A stretch of DNA of 55,112 bases, the filler included, from Basidiobolus ranarum (Eukaryota), in assembly GCA_040143965.1 (NCBI GenBank). It is 5 parts of 5 records of this genome, joined end to end, with 100 filler letters (N's around TTAATTAATTAA, not from the genome) between each part and the next. Parts side by side here need not be neighbours in the genome. Positions count along the whole stretch, not along the records: positions 1 to 10,970 come from JASJQH010007525.1; positions 11,071 to 22,027 come from JASJQH010007526.1; 3 more parts are not named here. One strand, 5' to 3'. A program made the translations under genes and the position numbers. The stretch's first letter is position 1, and the number at the start of each line of letters is the position of its first letter. Positions 1-12,533 of the stretch are shown here, piece by piece. A model generated the notes under the pieces. It was not told the origin of the DNA, searched no databases, and saw only the letters and a list, made by a program, of their open reading frames with translations.

Positions 1-480
1 GTTAATTTCCTATTGATTCCACTAATCTGATAAGCAAAGGGTCATGGAATTTTAATTGCACACAAACCATGAATTTAGAAACTCGCCTACATGTTTTTAT
101 GGCGGTGCATTTTCAGGCAGACTAGAGCATCGGCAGGAAAATTAAAAATCTAGCAACATCATTCTTCGTAAACATGAATATGTGTTTGACTGTTGATAGT
201 CTACTAATAAAAACAAGTTATCATGAATGATTTTTTATTAATCGTTGGATGAATAGTGTACTAGGTCAGGGGAAAGAGTATAGATACTAATGATGTAAGA
301 GACGAGATATGAGGTTGATTACAAAGTTGTGAAAGAAAGGAGAGGAATGGGTGGAAGAGTATGAAATACTAATAGGTAAAAGGAATGTGTATAAGAAATA
401 GAGATACAATCGAAGCAAACATTGAACACCAAGCACATTCTTACACATACCTTCAACAATAATAACAGTGTTATACTTTG

Positions 481-1849
481 CTAGTAGCTATTGTAGGCTT
501 GATATTTAACGCAATGAGGTAAGGGCCTATTCTGTGCCTCTTGAAGTTTCACTTTGTCAGTGGTAAACGGAGTCCAGCCCTGAGCTTGAATTATGGCTTG
601 GCGTTTCAACTGCCTTTCATGATTACATAGCTGATCCAGGTACCGAGAATATTGATGTTCTACGTTCTCTTCATACTGCTTCAGTTTCGAGTTATAAGTA
701 GTTTGTGAAAAGTAACTATTGAATTCTCGGATGTCAACAAAGTAACTGACGTGGCGTTTATAAGTCTCGCGTCGATGATTTAATTGCCCAGATGAATCAA
801 ACGAAAACCTTGGATCGGGAGTACCACTGAACATCGAAGAAAAAATGGAGAAAAGAAAAAGAAGAAAGAAGGGGAGCAATTTAAGATACGTAAAAGTATC
901 CGAATCAGCGGGAGTAGCGCGCCGAGCACGCTGACCTCCTTGATAATTCCGGCGATAGCGAACACCGTCGGGGCCCGTGAATGTAGCAGCTTGGAAGCCT
1001 TAAATCCGGCAAGGTTGCAAAATACTCAGCATCATTTTCGTACAAGTTGACTCTAAAAGAAATGACTACTTACCAGCGAAGTCACCGAAGAACATATTAA
1101 ACAGTTGTTCCGGATTGATTTCGTCTTCAAACTGAAATCCACGAGTATTTCCTGAAAATCCACCCATGCCGGAGCTTCGCGAGTCAGGTTCGGAGCCAAA
1201 GCGATCAAATTGTGCTTTTTTGTCACTGTCACTTAGAATGGTAAAAGCTTTACTAATAACTGCACAAAATATTAGGCATCAGTTGAGTGATTCGTATACA
1301 ATTAAAATACGACTTACGTTTGAAAGCTTCATCGGCCCCGGGAGCAGAATTCTTGTCTGGATGAAATTGCAAAGCTAACTAACATCCAAAAAATTTGAGA
1401 AAAATGTCAGCCTATTTAATAGAGATATACCAAGAAACAACAGAACGTACCTTTCTATAAGCTTTTTTGATTTGAGCTGCGTTGGCCGATTTATCGATTC
1501 CTAAAATGGCATATAAATCATTGGGATTGCAGGCTTTAATTTTCTTGACAGCCTCCACTTGCTCTTTAGAATATGACTTTGTCTGGCGACCCGGGTTGTG
1601 TTCAGTAGCCTTGGATTTGGATGAAGTAGATGAAGCCCCAGGATTAACAGATGCTTTATAACTAGGGGGTGAATCAGAAGGCTCCTCAGGGGAATCTTCT
1701 ACTTTTAATAGAAATTTCTCCGCTTCAGCTGTAGGATAAAGAGCAATAGATTTCTTCGCAAATTTCAAAGCACTTGGACGATTGTTGCTTTCGAAATGTT
1801 TTCTGGCGATGTCCAGGCAGCGTGCTGCCTCATCTTTATTGACTTCCAT
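481..1849 (-). CDS. DnaJ/Hsp40 co-chaperone, DNAJB12/14-Hlj1 type (J domain, TM segment, DUF1977-like C-terminus); spliced
   Basis: Starts MEVNKDEAARCLDIA at ATG 1849. The J domain (DLYAILG...IKKAYRK|LALQFHPDKN..ADEAFK) is split by GT-AG introns. It is followed by the G/F region EINPEQLFNMFFG, a hydrophobic LPFFLLFLFSIFS segment, and a C-terminus LDQLCNHERQ...LPHC ending at TAG 481-483. Confidence 0.92.
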
Positions 1850-3230
1850 ATTCAATTTCAAAAATTTAGTGTCAAAAGAAGTGAAACGGCTGTGTCCGTG
1901 ATATTCGAAAGAATATATTTCAACGAGAATTCCCAGGGATATTAGAGGCAAGCCATCCAATAGAAGAGTTCCACCCCACCCCACCGCCATGTCCATGTTT
2001 TCTCTGGTAGTAAATTTTGCCAGTTGGCCATAATTGGATCTAACCGAACCATAGCCATATTATTATAAGTTGGATTATTTTGTGTATGAACTCAGATCAG
2101 TGGCCAGTGAGTATGTCAAAAATCAGCTTATAAAATCTACAGTATACTGACCATGCTTTATTGTTCTCTAACCTCAAGTTGTTGTAACAAGTTATCAAGT
2201 ATACATTATATTGGCGTACCCAAGTTTAATTTCTCACATTTTTTAGTACAATGTGAGCAAGGGCTAGATATTTCAGCAACAGCAGTGCACACACTTAAAC
2301 CATGTCTTTTTTATTAAATCGAATTATGTATTTTCGTTTTTATACTGGCAGATCTCACAAAGATCAGTAAGTAAATATTTGAATCAACTCACCCCTTTCA
2401 TCGAGACAACTATACGAGAACGAGTAATCGCTTCGCTGTCGAATCCAGGCATTTGAATGTCTGCTTCTGAAACAGCTGCTGAGTAATCTCAGGATGTTTA
2501 GTAGTACTGGGCATTAATTCAAGTTTAAACTCGGGTACCAAATTTTCGGCACGACCTCTATTGCAAAGAGGGACTTTTTTAAGCAAAGGTGAAGCTGCTA
2601 GCATTGCTTGAACTTGAAGTTTAACCTGTTTACCAGCCTTCAATACCACTAAAAAGTGGATTATATTTTAAATAAAAACTCCACATGATAGGTAAAAGAG
2701 AGCTCATGGCTTGTAGAACTTGGTCTTCATTGATATATCTCTTGATTAATAGGAGAGGGTAGAAAAAAATAGATTTAGAAGGTAAGCCAGAGATAGCTGT
2801 GTTTCTAAACGGTTTGGGCAGTTACTCCACTCCAAGAATAATCGTGAGAAATGTGATTTTAATTCTGTGTTACATCCAAAATCTATTTTAGTTCGTGTCG
2901 TTCGTTACAAATTAAAAGGCCCAACTACTTACTTTTCAACAGTAACCATCCATCATTGACTTGTGTTACTTCAGAGCCGGACTGCTTTACAGCTCCCACC
3001 TTAAATTTGCGCAGGAGAGTTCAATCCAGGATTACCTATGATCAAGCAAACTCTATATTAAAAGAATCTAATGCTTTGTAATTTAATTGATGATCAATCT
3101 CCAGATATTCTCACTTTTTGGATGAATGCTTTTTGAGTAGCTCTATCAGGTAATCTATTCTAGAAGCGTTTAGTATTTAGAGAGAAAGACAAATCAACAC
3201 ATCAAGAGCTAGGAAAATAGTTTCTAAACC

Positions 3231-6200
3231 ATGGTCTCCATACCAGACCTGTCTAGTTATTTCCTATTCACCACAACTGTTCTCTTAACACTTAATTATT
3301 TTTCTATTCTTTATCAGTTTTTTCTTATACTCTCCATTTTCTTATTTGTTATTTTAGCACTTTTGTCCACTAATCTATTGGTTTCATACTGGTATTATCG
3401 TTCCCAAAACGAATATGAAACAAATCTTAACATGCGAAGAGATGATATTATGAGGCCACTTGTATTTACTAGTGAATCCGAGTGGAATGCGATTTTACAG
3501 CGACGCAATTTAGAAAGAGCAAACCAACAAAAAACTTGGGCCTTTCCTGGATTTCCTAGAATTGAGCAAGCAATAGAACATCTTATTTCGTATGTAATAA
3601 GAGATTTTATTCGAACGTGGTATGATAAAATTAGCCCTGAACCTGTGGTCGTAAAAACCATCACTCGAATGTTGTATGAAGCTGTGGGCGTATTCTCTAC
3701 AAGAATTGAATCCATTGACGTGACTTCAATTGTAATAGGAAAGATAGTTCCTGTTATAACGAATCATATACACGAATTTCGAAAAGCCGAGGTGGCAGTT
3801 CGGGGAACTTTTGAACGTAGTTTAACAGAATCAGACGAGTTGGACGCGCTTATTGTTAAACATTATAACAACGGTCGACTACATCCAGCTGTTCAAGCAA
3901 ACTCTAGTGCTGGGACGACCAAGGACAAATATTTACGGAAAGTGGTGGAACGATTGCTTGATTTATTATTTAGTGAGCGCGCGATGAGCAGCTCCATACA
4001 GCGTGTCTTGATACGAGAGGTTCTTGCATGTACTGTCCTTCAATCTACTATGGAAGTATTATCCGATCCTGATCTTTGGAACCGAATCATTGACACCAAT
4101 ACCAGTTACTTAATTCGGGAGCAAAAAATGGTAAACAAATTACGAAAAGCGTTGAACAAACAGGCCGCACATGAAGAATCGTCTTCGCAAATACATACAT
4201 TCGAGGAGTTTTTAAGGATGATCAAGGAATGTGCCAATCTCTTGGATATTAAGCGAATTCGAAACGAGATTGTTACTCAGATTAGAAAGAAAAGAATGGC
4301 TATTACAGGTAGAGAAAAAGACGAAACGGTACAAGGACAGAAGGTCGCGGAAATTAAGGTGTATATTAATCGGCTTTATGTGGCCAAAAGACAAGCTGAA
4401 AAACGGATCATGGCTTTGGGTGGGGCAACTTACCCTCAGGTAACTGATTTTTAGCCATCAATGTTTTCAAGTTCTATTACTCAGAAATCCGTATATATTT
4501 GTAGCCTCAAAGCAGAAACAGCATTTATATTGAGAACGATAGCCTACATATTGACTCACCAACTCCTCCCATCCTTACTCTTTCAATGATGTTGTCCAGC
4601 TCTACAGGATTATCTTACTGGATGGAACACATGGATCGCACGGGTGGAATGCTGCGATTACAATTTTGGCTTATGGTTGAGGGTTTAAAAGAGGATATAG
4701 TAAATTGGAGAAATGCAATTAATAGCCAAGAGGAGAGAGTAACAGTTCGTGAAGATGTACGAAGGATTTATGACATGTATTTCTCTGAAAATCTTGTTCA
4801 GCAACTAGAAATTAGTCCAAAATTGTTAGAGAGAATCCAAAATTTTGTCTTTGAAACACCTTATAACAACTCAACCAACGGTTATGAGTATATTTTACAA
4901 GCACAAAACGAGGTATTTAATCAAATGGAGATGTCAGATTTTCCTCGGTTTCGAGAAAGCGATCTATATTTCAAATTTTTGGCTAGCCTGGGGAACTCTG
5001 TAGCGGAACCTGAGCCGAATCAACAGGATTATCTGTCGGATCCGTTTTCTACACCAAGGAAAGCTCCAGCCGGGATTCTCAATAGTAGAAGTCGTGCTAG
5101 TAGCTTTTCACCTTTTAGCCCCGTCGAGAGTGATGACTGGTCTGTTGCTTCCTCTTATCAGCATTCTTCAATGTTGCGAACGCCTAAAGCTAACTCGGGT
5201 CCATCAAGATTATCCCCAATCCAACAAGAGCTCCTTGAAAATCCATCTACGCCAGGATTGCAAATCACCTTCAAAGAGGACGATCTCCTTCGAACCGATG
5301 CTATAGAGGCAGTGGAAGCTGCGCTATCAACTATTATGGATGCCAGCGATGTTTCTGAATCCGAAGAGACAAGATATCACAAAGGTAAGCTCTTATTTCA
5401 TTATACTTTATTTAGTTAGAAATTAATCATTTTATAACTTGTACAGTGAAACATCAAGCAGTTCAGTTTACTGACCACCCCGATTCAGATTCTGAGCGTG
5501 ACTCCATTGATTCCTCGGAAGACATACCAACACAAGAGACTGGAGTAGCGGATGATACTACTAGTATTGCTAACAACGTTCACCTGGCACCTCCGGGGGA
5601 TCTTATGCTTTCTAATGAGATTTCCCGGCTGACTGAAGAAACAGATAAAATCAATCAACAAGAGGCTATTGTTGACACACTCATCAAGAAAGCCGAGACC
5701 AGTGGGAAAATGGACGAGCTTAGGATTTTGAAGAAATCAAAGCTTGCGCTCCGTCGAGAGATGCAAGAGACTACCTATCAAAAAACTCAATATGAAATAC
5801 AAGAAGCCGAAAATTCGATCTTGCCCGTAAGCCAACTAACTCCATGTATGTTCTAAAGTCCACGCATTAATGTTGATTTAGGGTCGTACCACTGTGAACA
5901 TCACCAATTGTACGATAAGCAACGATGGGACTAAGGATTTTGTTTTATACGTGATCGAAGTTCATCAAAAGGCCTCAGATGGTACATATGCTTCTGGCTG
6001 GGTAGTGACACGTCGCTATAGCGAATTTTATGATCTTCATCATTTGCTAAAGGCCAAATATCCAGACGTACGAAAATATGAGTTTCCAGGGAAAAGAGTA
6101 GCCTTCCAGTTTCACAAGAGCTTCGTGGAATTTCGTAGAATGGCTTTGGAAAAATATTTACAGGTATAGATGATTTTAAGCTGACTAAGTCACACATGTA

Positions 6201-7228
6201 TATTAAATTAATTCATTAATGATTGTCTTTAGTTGTTGGTGAAAAACCATGATGTCTGTAAAACGCAGGAATTCAAGACCTTCTTTTGCCAACAAAATTT
6301 ATCCCTGACAAATCAAAGTAACACTGAAGCATTGCACAATCGGCTGCGCCGAAAACGCTCTATCGGTTTCATGAAGCACATATATCAAACAGTAGCCGAA
6401 GGGATTGATGATATGTTCAACGGACAATCTACCATTGATATTGTTACCCATCGTCTGGGTCAGCAAGTCACCATGCTTAATGAATCTGGCCTGGAGGACC
6501 CAAACAATACCACCCGACTGACTAATGCCTCTGTTGTTACAGTATCAGGACCTTCGGACATGGGTTTACAGCCTATCGAAAATGAGGGAATCACATCACT
6601 AACAGAACCTCTGTGTGATTTGTTCATAGAAATTTTCGAGTTGAAAGAAAAGAATAATTGGTTAAGACGTCAAGCAGTGGTGATCGTTTTACAGCAAATC
6701 TTGGGTGGGACAATAGAAAGGCAAGTAATATTTTTGTAATTTCACCAAGAATGCGGGTATCATCTGAGTATTCATTTCTATCAAGTTGAGCTACAATTAA
6801 CTATTTGGCAACCTATAAACAGAAAAATCAAATCCACCATGAAGACAACACTTACTGATGATACTATGGCAGCATGGATTAACATGATCTGCGACTCTTT
6901 ATGGCCAAATGGTGAATGGCCTAAATCTACGGAAAAACGTACATTCGAAGAAAAAATTCAAACCAAAGAAACAGCGAATCGCAAACTTTCTACATTTTTC
7001 CCAGGCATGATACATCTCAGTACATTTTCAAGACTACATTACCTCAACTAACTTTAATATATAGAATCACTAGGGAACATGGTTGGTCGCGAGAATGCTC
7101 GACGAGGAGCCCGTCGAGTATTCACTTTGTTCCAGAATCGTAGATTAAATGAGCATTTGGTTTATACCATCTTAGATGAAGTGTTGATGTCACTTTTCCC
7201 CGAATTAAAACTTCCGCTTCGTATATAA
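3231..7228 (+). CDS. MDM1: Sorting nexin with PXA, RGS, PX and Nexin_C domains (Mdm1/SNX13-14-25 family); spliced
   Basis: N-terminal TM helices; PXA (IRDFIRTWYDKIS); RGS (RLQFWLMVE...IYDMYF...FPRFRESDLY); PX (VVTRRYSEFYDLH...FPGK...RRMALEKYLQ); Nexin_C (NNWLRRQAVVIVLQQILGGTIER...LWPNG...LNEHLVYTILDEV...FPEL). Stop TAA at 7226-7228. Confidence 0.92.
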
Positions 7229-7341
7229 CAGAATTGGTTCTTCAATTATTCTATCACCAGTCTTTTGCTTTGTATTCTGTAAAATAGAATCTCTCACGTT
7301 TCTTTTTACCGTTTATTTAAATCATCCGAGTATCATTTTAG

Positions 7342-8385
7342 TTATCTTGTCAACTCTAAGCGTACGAAGATATCTTTGCGAACGGAGTTGAAAATTTTAA
7401 TTCGACGATTGTTCTGTGGATTTTTAGTTAGTACGCAAATTAATTCAGCCATATATTTGTGAGAAATCTTTTTACTTTTGTGGTGTCTTGGAGTTCTTTC
7501 AACGTGATAATACCTTCAACCATACCTTTCTGCGAGATCAGTTCTTCGCGATGTACACCACCCAATAGACCTTTAAATGAAGTAAATAAACCAATCATAC
7601 CAACCACTACAGGTTATGAATTCAAAACATACCGCTGCTAATACAAGGGGTCTTCCAGATATTCTCAGAGCCGTCTGAGTTCGCCATCTCAATGGCTATG
7701 TTGCCAATGGAGGTCTCGGTAACTTCGCCGCGTTCATTATACAGGATGACGTCAAAAGGACCATCAGGTGTTCCGATTAGAGCTCTTTCTCTTGCTTGAT
7801 TGTACCGAACACGATATGTCGTCTTGTGTCTTAAAAATATATCATGACTATCAACTGGCTGGTCATCTACAACTACGTATGGCATGTCTAGAACAGATGC
7901 CACTGTTAATATACTCATTAAAAAACTACATATGTATTTCAAGTAAGTTCAGACATACTATCAAAAAGGGTTGGCTTTTCCTCGCTCACTTGGATTTGGA
8001 GACCACCAGAAGGAGACAATAGAATTCGAATCTATGACAGGGAAGAATTAGTATAGATTTCAAGATATCACATATTAGTTTATCTTATTGAAAAAACCAA
8101 CTCTTAGCCTTTCATATTTTTCACGGTAGGGTTCGGAAACATTTAGAATTTCTGAAGTTATCTCCTCTGAGCTGGGTATTTGAGCAAAATAGTGTTTTTC
8201 ATAATGATCATGAAAATAAGCTGCTGAATTAAAGAGTCTAAAGAGATGTCTCTCGAGAAGATAAAAACCTAATAAAAAAATTTAAGTGAACTTCTGTCTA
8301 GTGTAAATAGAACAGATTGCATACCTTCTTCTCTAGTCCAAAGTAGCGTTTCTAATAACTCAAATTCAGGAATGTTTTTAAGCAT
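7342..8385 (-). CDS. Class IV PLP-dependent aminotransferase, probable aminodeoxychorismate lyase (Abz2/PabC-like); spliced
   Basis: Motifs read across exons: FELLETLLW, LLERHLFRLFNSA, HKTTYRVRYNQAR, DVILYNERGEVTETSIGN, WKTP..SSGLLGGVHR and KIFNSVR. These match fold-type IV PabC-like enzymes. Confidence 0.85.
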
Positions 8386-8580
8386 TTTAGAAGTACATTT
8401 GGAACCAAAATCAAACCAAGGCTTGTATAATTCGAGACATGTACTTCCATTTTTAATTAAGAATATCTTGTATCAGTTTACTTAATACTCAATATAAACA
8501 GCATGGAAGGATCAAGGTGGGAACTATGTGTTTCAACTTCAAAAAGTACATGGATGAAACAGTGGAACATCAACGATTTG

Positions 8581-10133
8581 TCACCATGAAATCTCGGAAA
8601 TCTCATTTACTGACCAAGTATCGTGATCGATAATATCCCCTAATTTCCAGCTCACATTCCAATCGTAACTAGCCTTTTCTTCATAAGATTCCAATCCTCC
8701 ATATACAACTTCCATCTCGACATTTGGCTCCGTATCGCACAATACAGGTCTTGGATCTTCCAGTACCAACACCTTTTCTTCACTTTCCACCCTAAATTTA
8801 TCTGAACTCAAGAACACCTCGAAAAGTCTAGTTTTGGTTTTGCACAATTGTCGAATTCTCAAACATCGCCAAAACATTTCAAAATCTATTTGATAAGGAA
8901 GAGCCACTGAGATAGGACATACATATGATACCTCACCAAGAACCTCTTGTAAAATTTCCTCATCACTTCCTACCTGGTCCTGGAAGTAAGGATATTCAAA
9001 GTAGGCAAACGGTTCATAAACTCTATGAACATGAGCACTAGAGGGGGGAGCCCATTGTATTGCTGTGAAAACTGCCATTTGTGTACAATACCCGTGAGAA
9101 TGATCGTTGTTGAGTGTACCCACGCCACTAAATATCACACTATAGCCATAACGCTGAGCGATAGACGTACACCTATACAGAGTAAAGATGATATTGTTAG
9201 ACTAGAACCTTTAACTCAGTAGTCGAACATTTCACCATTTTTCAAACTCGTTGCGGGTCCATTCAAATTTGTGATCACTATGGCGAAACACTGATTCTGT
9301 AGTACCATACTTCAGATTTGGAAAGTTCACATTAAATTCAGCATTTGGAGTAGACACTATCATAATTCGAGGATGGTAAATTCCAAGTGTTACTCCTGGG
9401 AACTGCAGCAACATCGACGGGTATAAGTGTTCGATTCTTGATTAAGTTCATGGACAGATGAATATACAAAGGTTCCAGGGAATCTGTGGATAAGTAAATA
9501 CATACACTTCTGTGCACACTATAGCATCAATCCCAATAAGACTTTCGTTGATATTCTCCAGTGATTCTTAGAGAAGTGAGAAATGTGTTAAGGGTATTTC
9601 TTCACATAGTGTAAAAAGAACACTTCAAGTGTTGAATAATGTGCATAATCACAATACCTTGATATAACTCCACTTTGAGGGGATTCTCTCTTAAATACTG
9701 GAAATCCATCTTCAGAGGCTGACAACGTTCGGCGGCTATTCCGATTCGTGACGGATTGGGTTCCACCCCGACGATACGTGTCAAGGGAAAATCCGAGGTG
9801 GGAACCAAAAAAGATAGTAATGCTCCTTCCCCACACCCAAGATCCAATACCTATGAAATGTTTGATGGTTTAGGAGCCCTTGAATGTCTCAAGTGTCAAC
9901 ATAGAAACATTACTAACTGCATTTGGCTGTTGCTGGTAAAGAAATTGCTTTATCAACTCTCTTCGTTGTCGCCATAACGGTGGCTTGAACAGCAACTGGG
10001 ACGACTCCATCTCCTCAGCCACATGAAGGCACCGGCGTTTACGACTTTGTTCAAGAGAAGCGTCTAAAAGCTCTCGACGATTAGAAAAAACACTGCTGTA
10101 AGTTCGTGCCAGTGCTTTCATTGTAGTGCACAT
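8581..10133 (-). CDS. HEN1: Small RNA 3'-terminal 2'-O-methyltransferase (Hen1/HENMT1 family); spliced; start codon uncertain (alternatives 10121 or about 10010)
   Basis: Hen1 signature FKPPLWRQR, SAM motif VLDLGCGEG, CTEV|IEHL, STPNAEFN, FRHSDHKFEWTRNEFEKW|C...YGYSVIFSGVG and CTQMAVF. Confidence 0.93.
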
Positions 10134-10598
10134 ATTATTTAAAAAAAGCCCTCACCCTGCAAATAAATAACCGGAAAAAGCAGTCAAACTTAAATGCGTA
10201 AAACCCAATAAATTACTGGTCTTGTGACAGTAAATTAACAACGTGACAGCTCCTATCGCCCCGAGCAAAGCACATCAAAAAAGAAATCATTACGGAGCCC
10301 AAATTGAAAGATGTCTAGCCATTTACACGTATGCCCATGTGCAGCTGCGTCAAAGCTTAAAGACTAGTCGATAAGCAGTTATAGTAGCTGACTGCGGATA
10401 AGTTAAAAGGTTTATTTGTTTCGTTTTGTGATGACTGTTAGTATAAAGGAGTATATATAAAAGCTTAAGCCAAGGGCTGTTTGCAGTTGATTGATATTTA
10501 GTATGCGACATTCTGCCTAATTGGAGATTCTAGCTTATTTCTTTGTTGGGGAATGGGAATCATGTAGATATCAGGACGAGACTGGCTACACAAGAGAG

Positions 10599-10970
10599 TT
10601 ATTCAAATTGAAACAAATCTCTTCCGCCACGCTCACTGAACGCTGCAATCATGTGCAAGATCATTCCTGAAGGTAGAACGATCATCCTTGAATCTTCCTC
10701 ATCATTGTCTCTAGCAAAGACTTCCTGGTTCTGCTGAACAATGTTTTGTATGTACGCCTGATCCAAACCTGAGGTGGCCTCTGGGTACCATAGCTTGATA
10801 TCATTGTCGATCCCCGAACTCATCAACACGGGATCAAATGGATGAGGCTGAACGCAATTTACCACTCGCTGTCAAAAGAATTGTTAGCTTTCGTAAGAAG
10901 AAAATCAAGCCGCATATCACTGACCGAGTCACCGGTCAACAAGTGTTTGATTTCTCCACTACACCTATCC
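10599..10970 (-). CDS. 3' fragment of a WD40 protein, DCAF8/WDR42A-like; truncated at contig end
   Basis: VNCVQPHPFDPVLMSSGIDNDIKLW is the last WD40 blade typical of the DCAF5/6/8 family. An upstream exon (GEIKHLLTGDS) runs into the gap. Confidence 0.8.
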
Positions 10971-11070
10971 NNNNNNNNNNNNNNNNNNNNNNNNNNNNNN
11001 NNNNNNNNNNNNNNTTAATTAATTAANNNNNNNNNNNNNNNNNNNNNNNNNNNNNNNNNNNNNNNNNNNN
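10971..11070. other. Artificial contig linker (N44-TTAATTAATTAA-N44)
   Basis: A 100-bp spacer carrying a six-frame stop linker; identical at four positions in the window. Confidence 0.98.
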
Positions 11071-11436
11071 CTGATTCTTTCTCTACCATTGCCTTATCTG
11101 TCCTTGTGGTTTATACCCCAGTATGATCCAGCTTCCAAGCCTCTTGTCTTTACTTCTAGTCCTTGTCCAGTCCCTTATTATGACTATATGTATTGAAATA
11201 TACTTTTGTTTGTTTATAGCCATAATATTGCATTAGATAGTTTGATATATAATACTGCCTCCAGTATTTCAAATTCTTATTCTTCATAATGGAACACTAT
11301 ATAGTGCTATTGAGTTAAGATTCAAAACCCCTGGCTCAACAGAATTATGACCCAACCTAAAAACATGTATATAATGATATTGTTTGACAACAATCAAGCA
11401 GGAAATGTATGAATTTTATAAGTTCATGATTTAGGT

Positions 11437-12363
11437 TTATTTAATATCTGTGGGGCAAGCAAATGCAAATGTATTCTTACTCTTACAAGCTATTTTCCAT
11501 GAACTAGTCAATGCAGGAAGCTCAGCCAGTGTGTGAAGATGGTAATCAACAATCTCTAGGTTTTGTGGTGGATTATTATTTATCAGCAATGTTTGAGCCC
11601 CAAGTTCTTTTGCCCAGGCTAATATCTTTTCTTTGTCATCCACTACTAAGGCATCCTCAGGCCTTATATTGATATCCTGAAAGATTCTCTTATAGAACTC
11701 GGATGAGTTTTTACTTTGATCAATCAAATCGGGACCAAAAAGTTTGGTAAAGATAGGTTTCTTACCCAAACCCTGGTTTTCTGGTTGATGATCTGGTAAT
11801 AGGCCTAACGAGAGGAGTGTATGAAAAAGATCAGTAGATGTTTCCCCTGAACAAGTATATATTTCAAATCCTTGATCAAATTTGAGTGCTTTGATGGCTT
11901 CAACTGCTCCTGGAAAATCGGCCTTTACACGTGGTAAGCAGTAGAGATTAGCTGTTTTGGCGATATCTAATTGCGCCTCTTCATCCTCAGGCAAAACAAT
12001 CCTGACTGCGGTCGGAGAAGGAATATTCTGAGTTGCCAACGAACAATTCTCGCTTAGTGAGTCTTCACTGTTATTAACCTCTTTCACCATATATTGAATC
12101 CACTCTAGGAAATACCTTCGTTCAAATTCTTTAAAGTTGTGACAAGTCTCTTGAAGTTCATTCCAACGGCCAAGTTCAAACATATAATGACAAAACGTTT
12201 GGTTGGCTTTGGCCCAATGTTCACTCTTTCCACCTAGAATAGTGGTTGGCATATACTCAGCTACGAGAGTCGACCATTGCGGTCCACGCAATTTATTATC
12301 ATTAATCACACCTCCACTGTCAAGAAATATAGCCTTGGGTAGAATGCTAGGAAATTGAGGCAT
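11437..12363 (-). CDS. HAD-superfamily hydrolase (subfamily IA-like), intronless, 308 aa
   Basis: Motif I AIFLDSGGVI, motif II YTCSG, motif III Lys in SKNSSEFY, motif IV LVVDDKEKILAWAKELG. Likely start MPQFPS at 12363. Confidence 0.82.
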   Translation of the reverse strand: MPQFPSILPKAIFLDSGGVINDNKLRGPQWSTLVAEYMPTTILGGKSEHWAKANQTFCHYMFELGRWNELQETCHNFKEFERRYFLEWIQYMVKEVNNSEDSLSENCSLATQNIPSPTAVRIVLPEDEEAQLDIAKTANLYCLPRVKADFPGAVEAIKALKFDQGFEIYTCSGETSTDLFHTLLSLGLLPDHQPENQGLGKKPIFTKLFGPDLIDQSKNSSEFYKRIFQDINIRPEDALVVDDKEKILAWAKELGAQTLLINNNPPQNLEIVDYHLHTLAELPALTSSWKIACKSKNTFAFACPTDIK

Positions 12364-12533
12364 TGCTCGATGGTGGAGAAGAGCTAACATGCGTAATAAG
12401 GAAAGTACAACCATGAGCACCAACCATCAATACCTGGGCAATACCAGGGTACAATTGCACACGTGCAGTGTGTAACATAAGAGAATTTAAGTATTGAATG
12501 GAATTTATATTATATGAGAGAAATCTTCCACCA

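Noticed and set aside
2410..2760. 79-aa minus-strand ORF between the DnaJ and Mdm1 genes
   Set aside because: No proper ATG start, no recognisable motif and no convincing exon chain. At most a relic; not supportable.
10223..10249. GTGACA/TGTCAC hexamer near several gene starts (HEN1, RSM24, DUF2015, VPS13), resembling Homol-D
   Set aside because: A 6-mer of this composition is expected roughly 20 times in 55 kb, so enrichment cannot be shown by eye.
11015..11026. TTAATTAATTAA palindrome recurring every ~11 kb
   Set aside because: Synthetic six-frame stop linker embedded in N runs; not biological periodicity.
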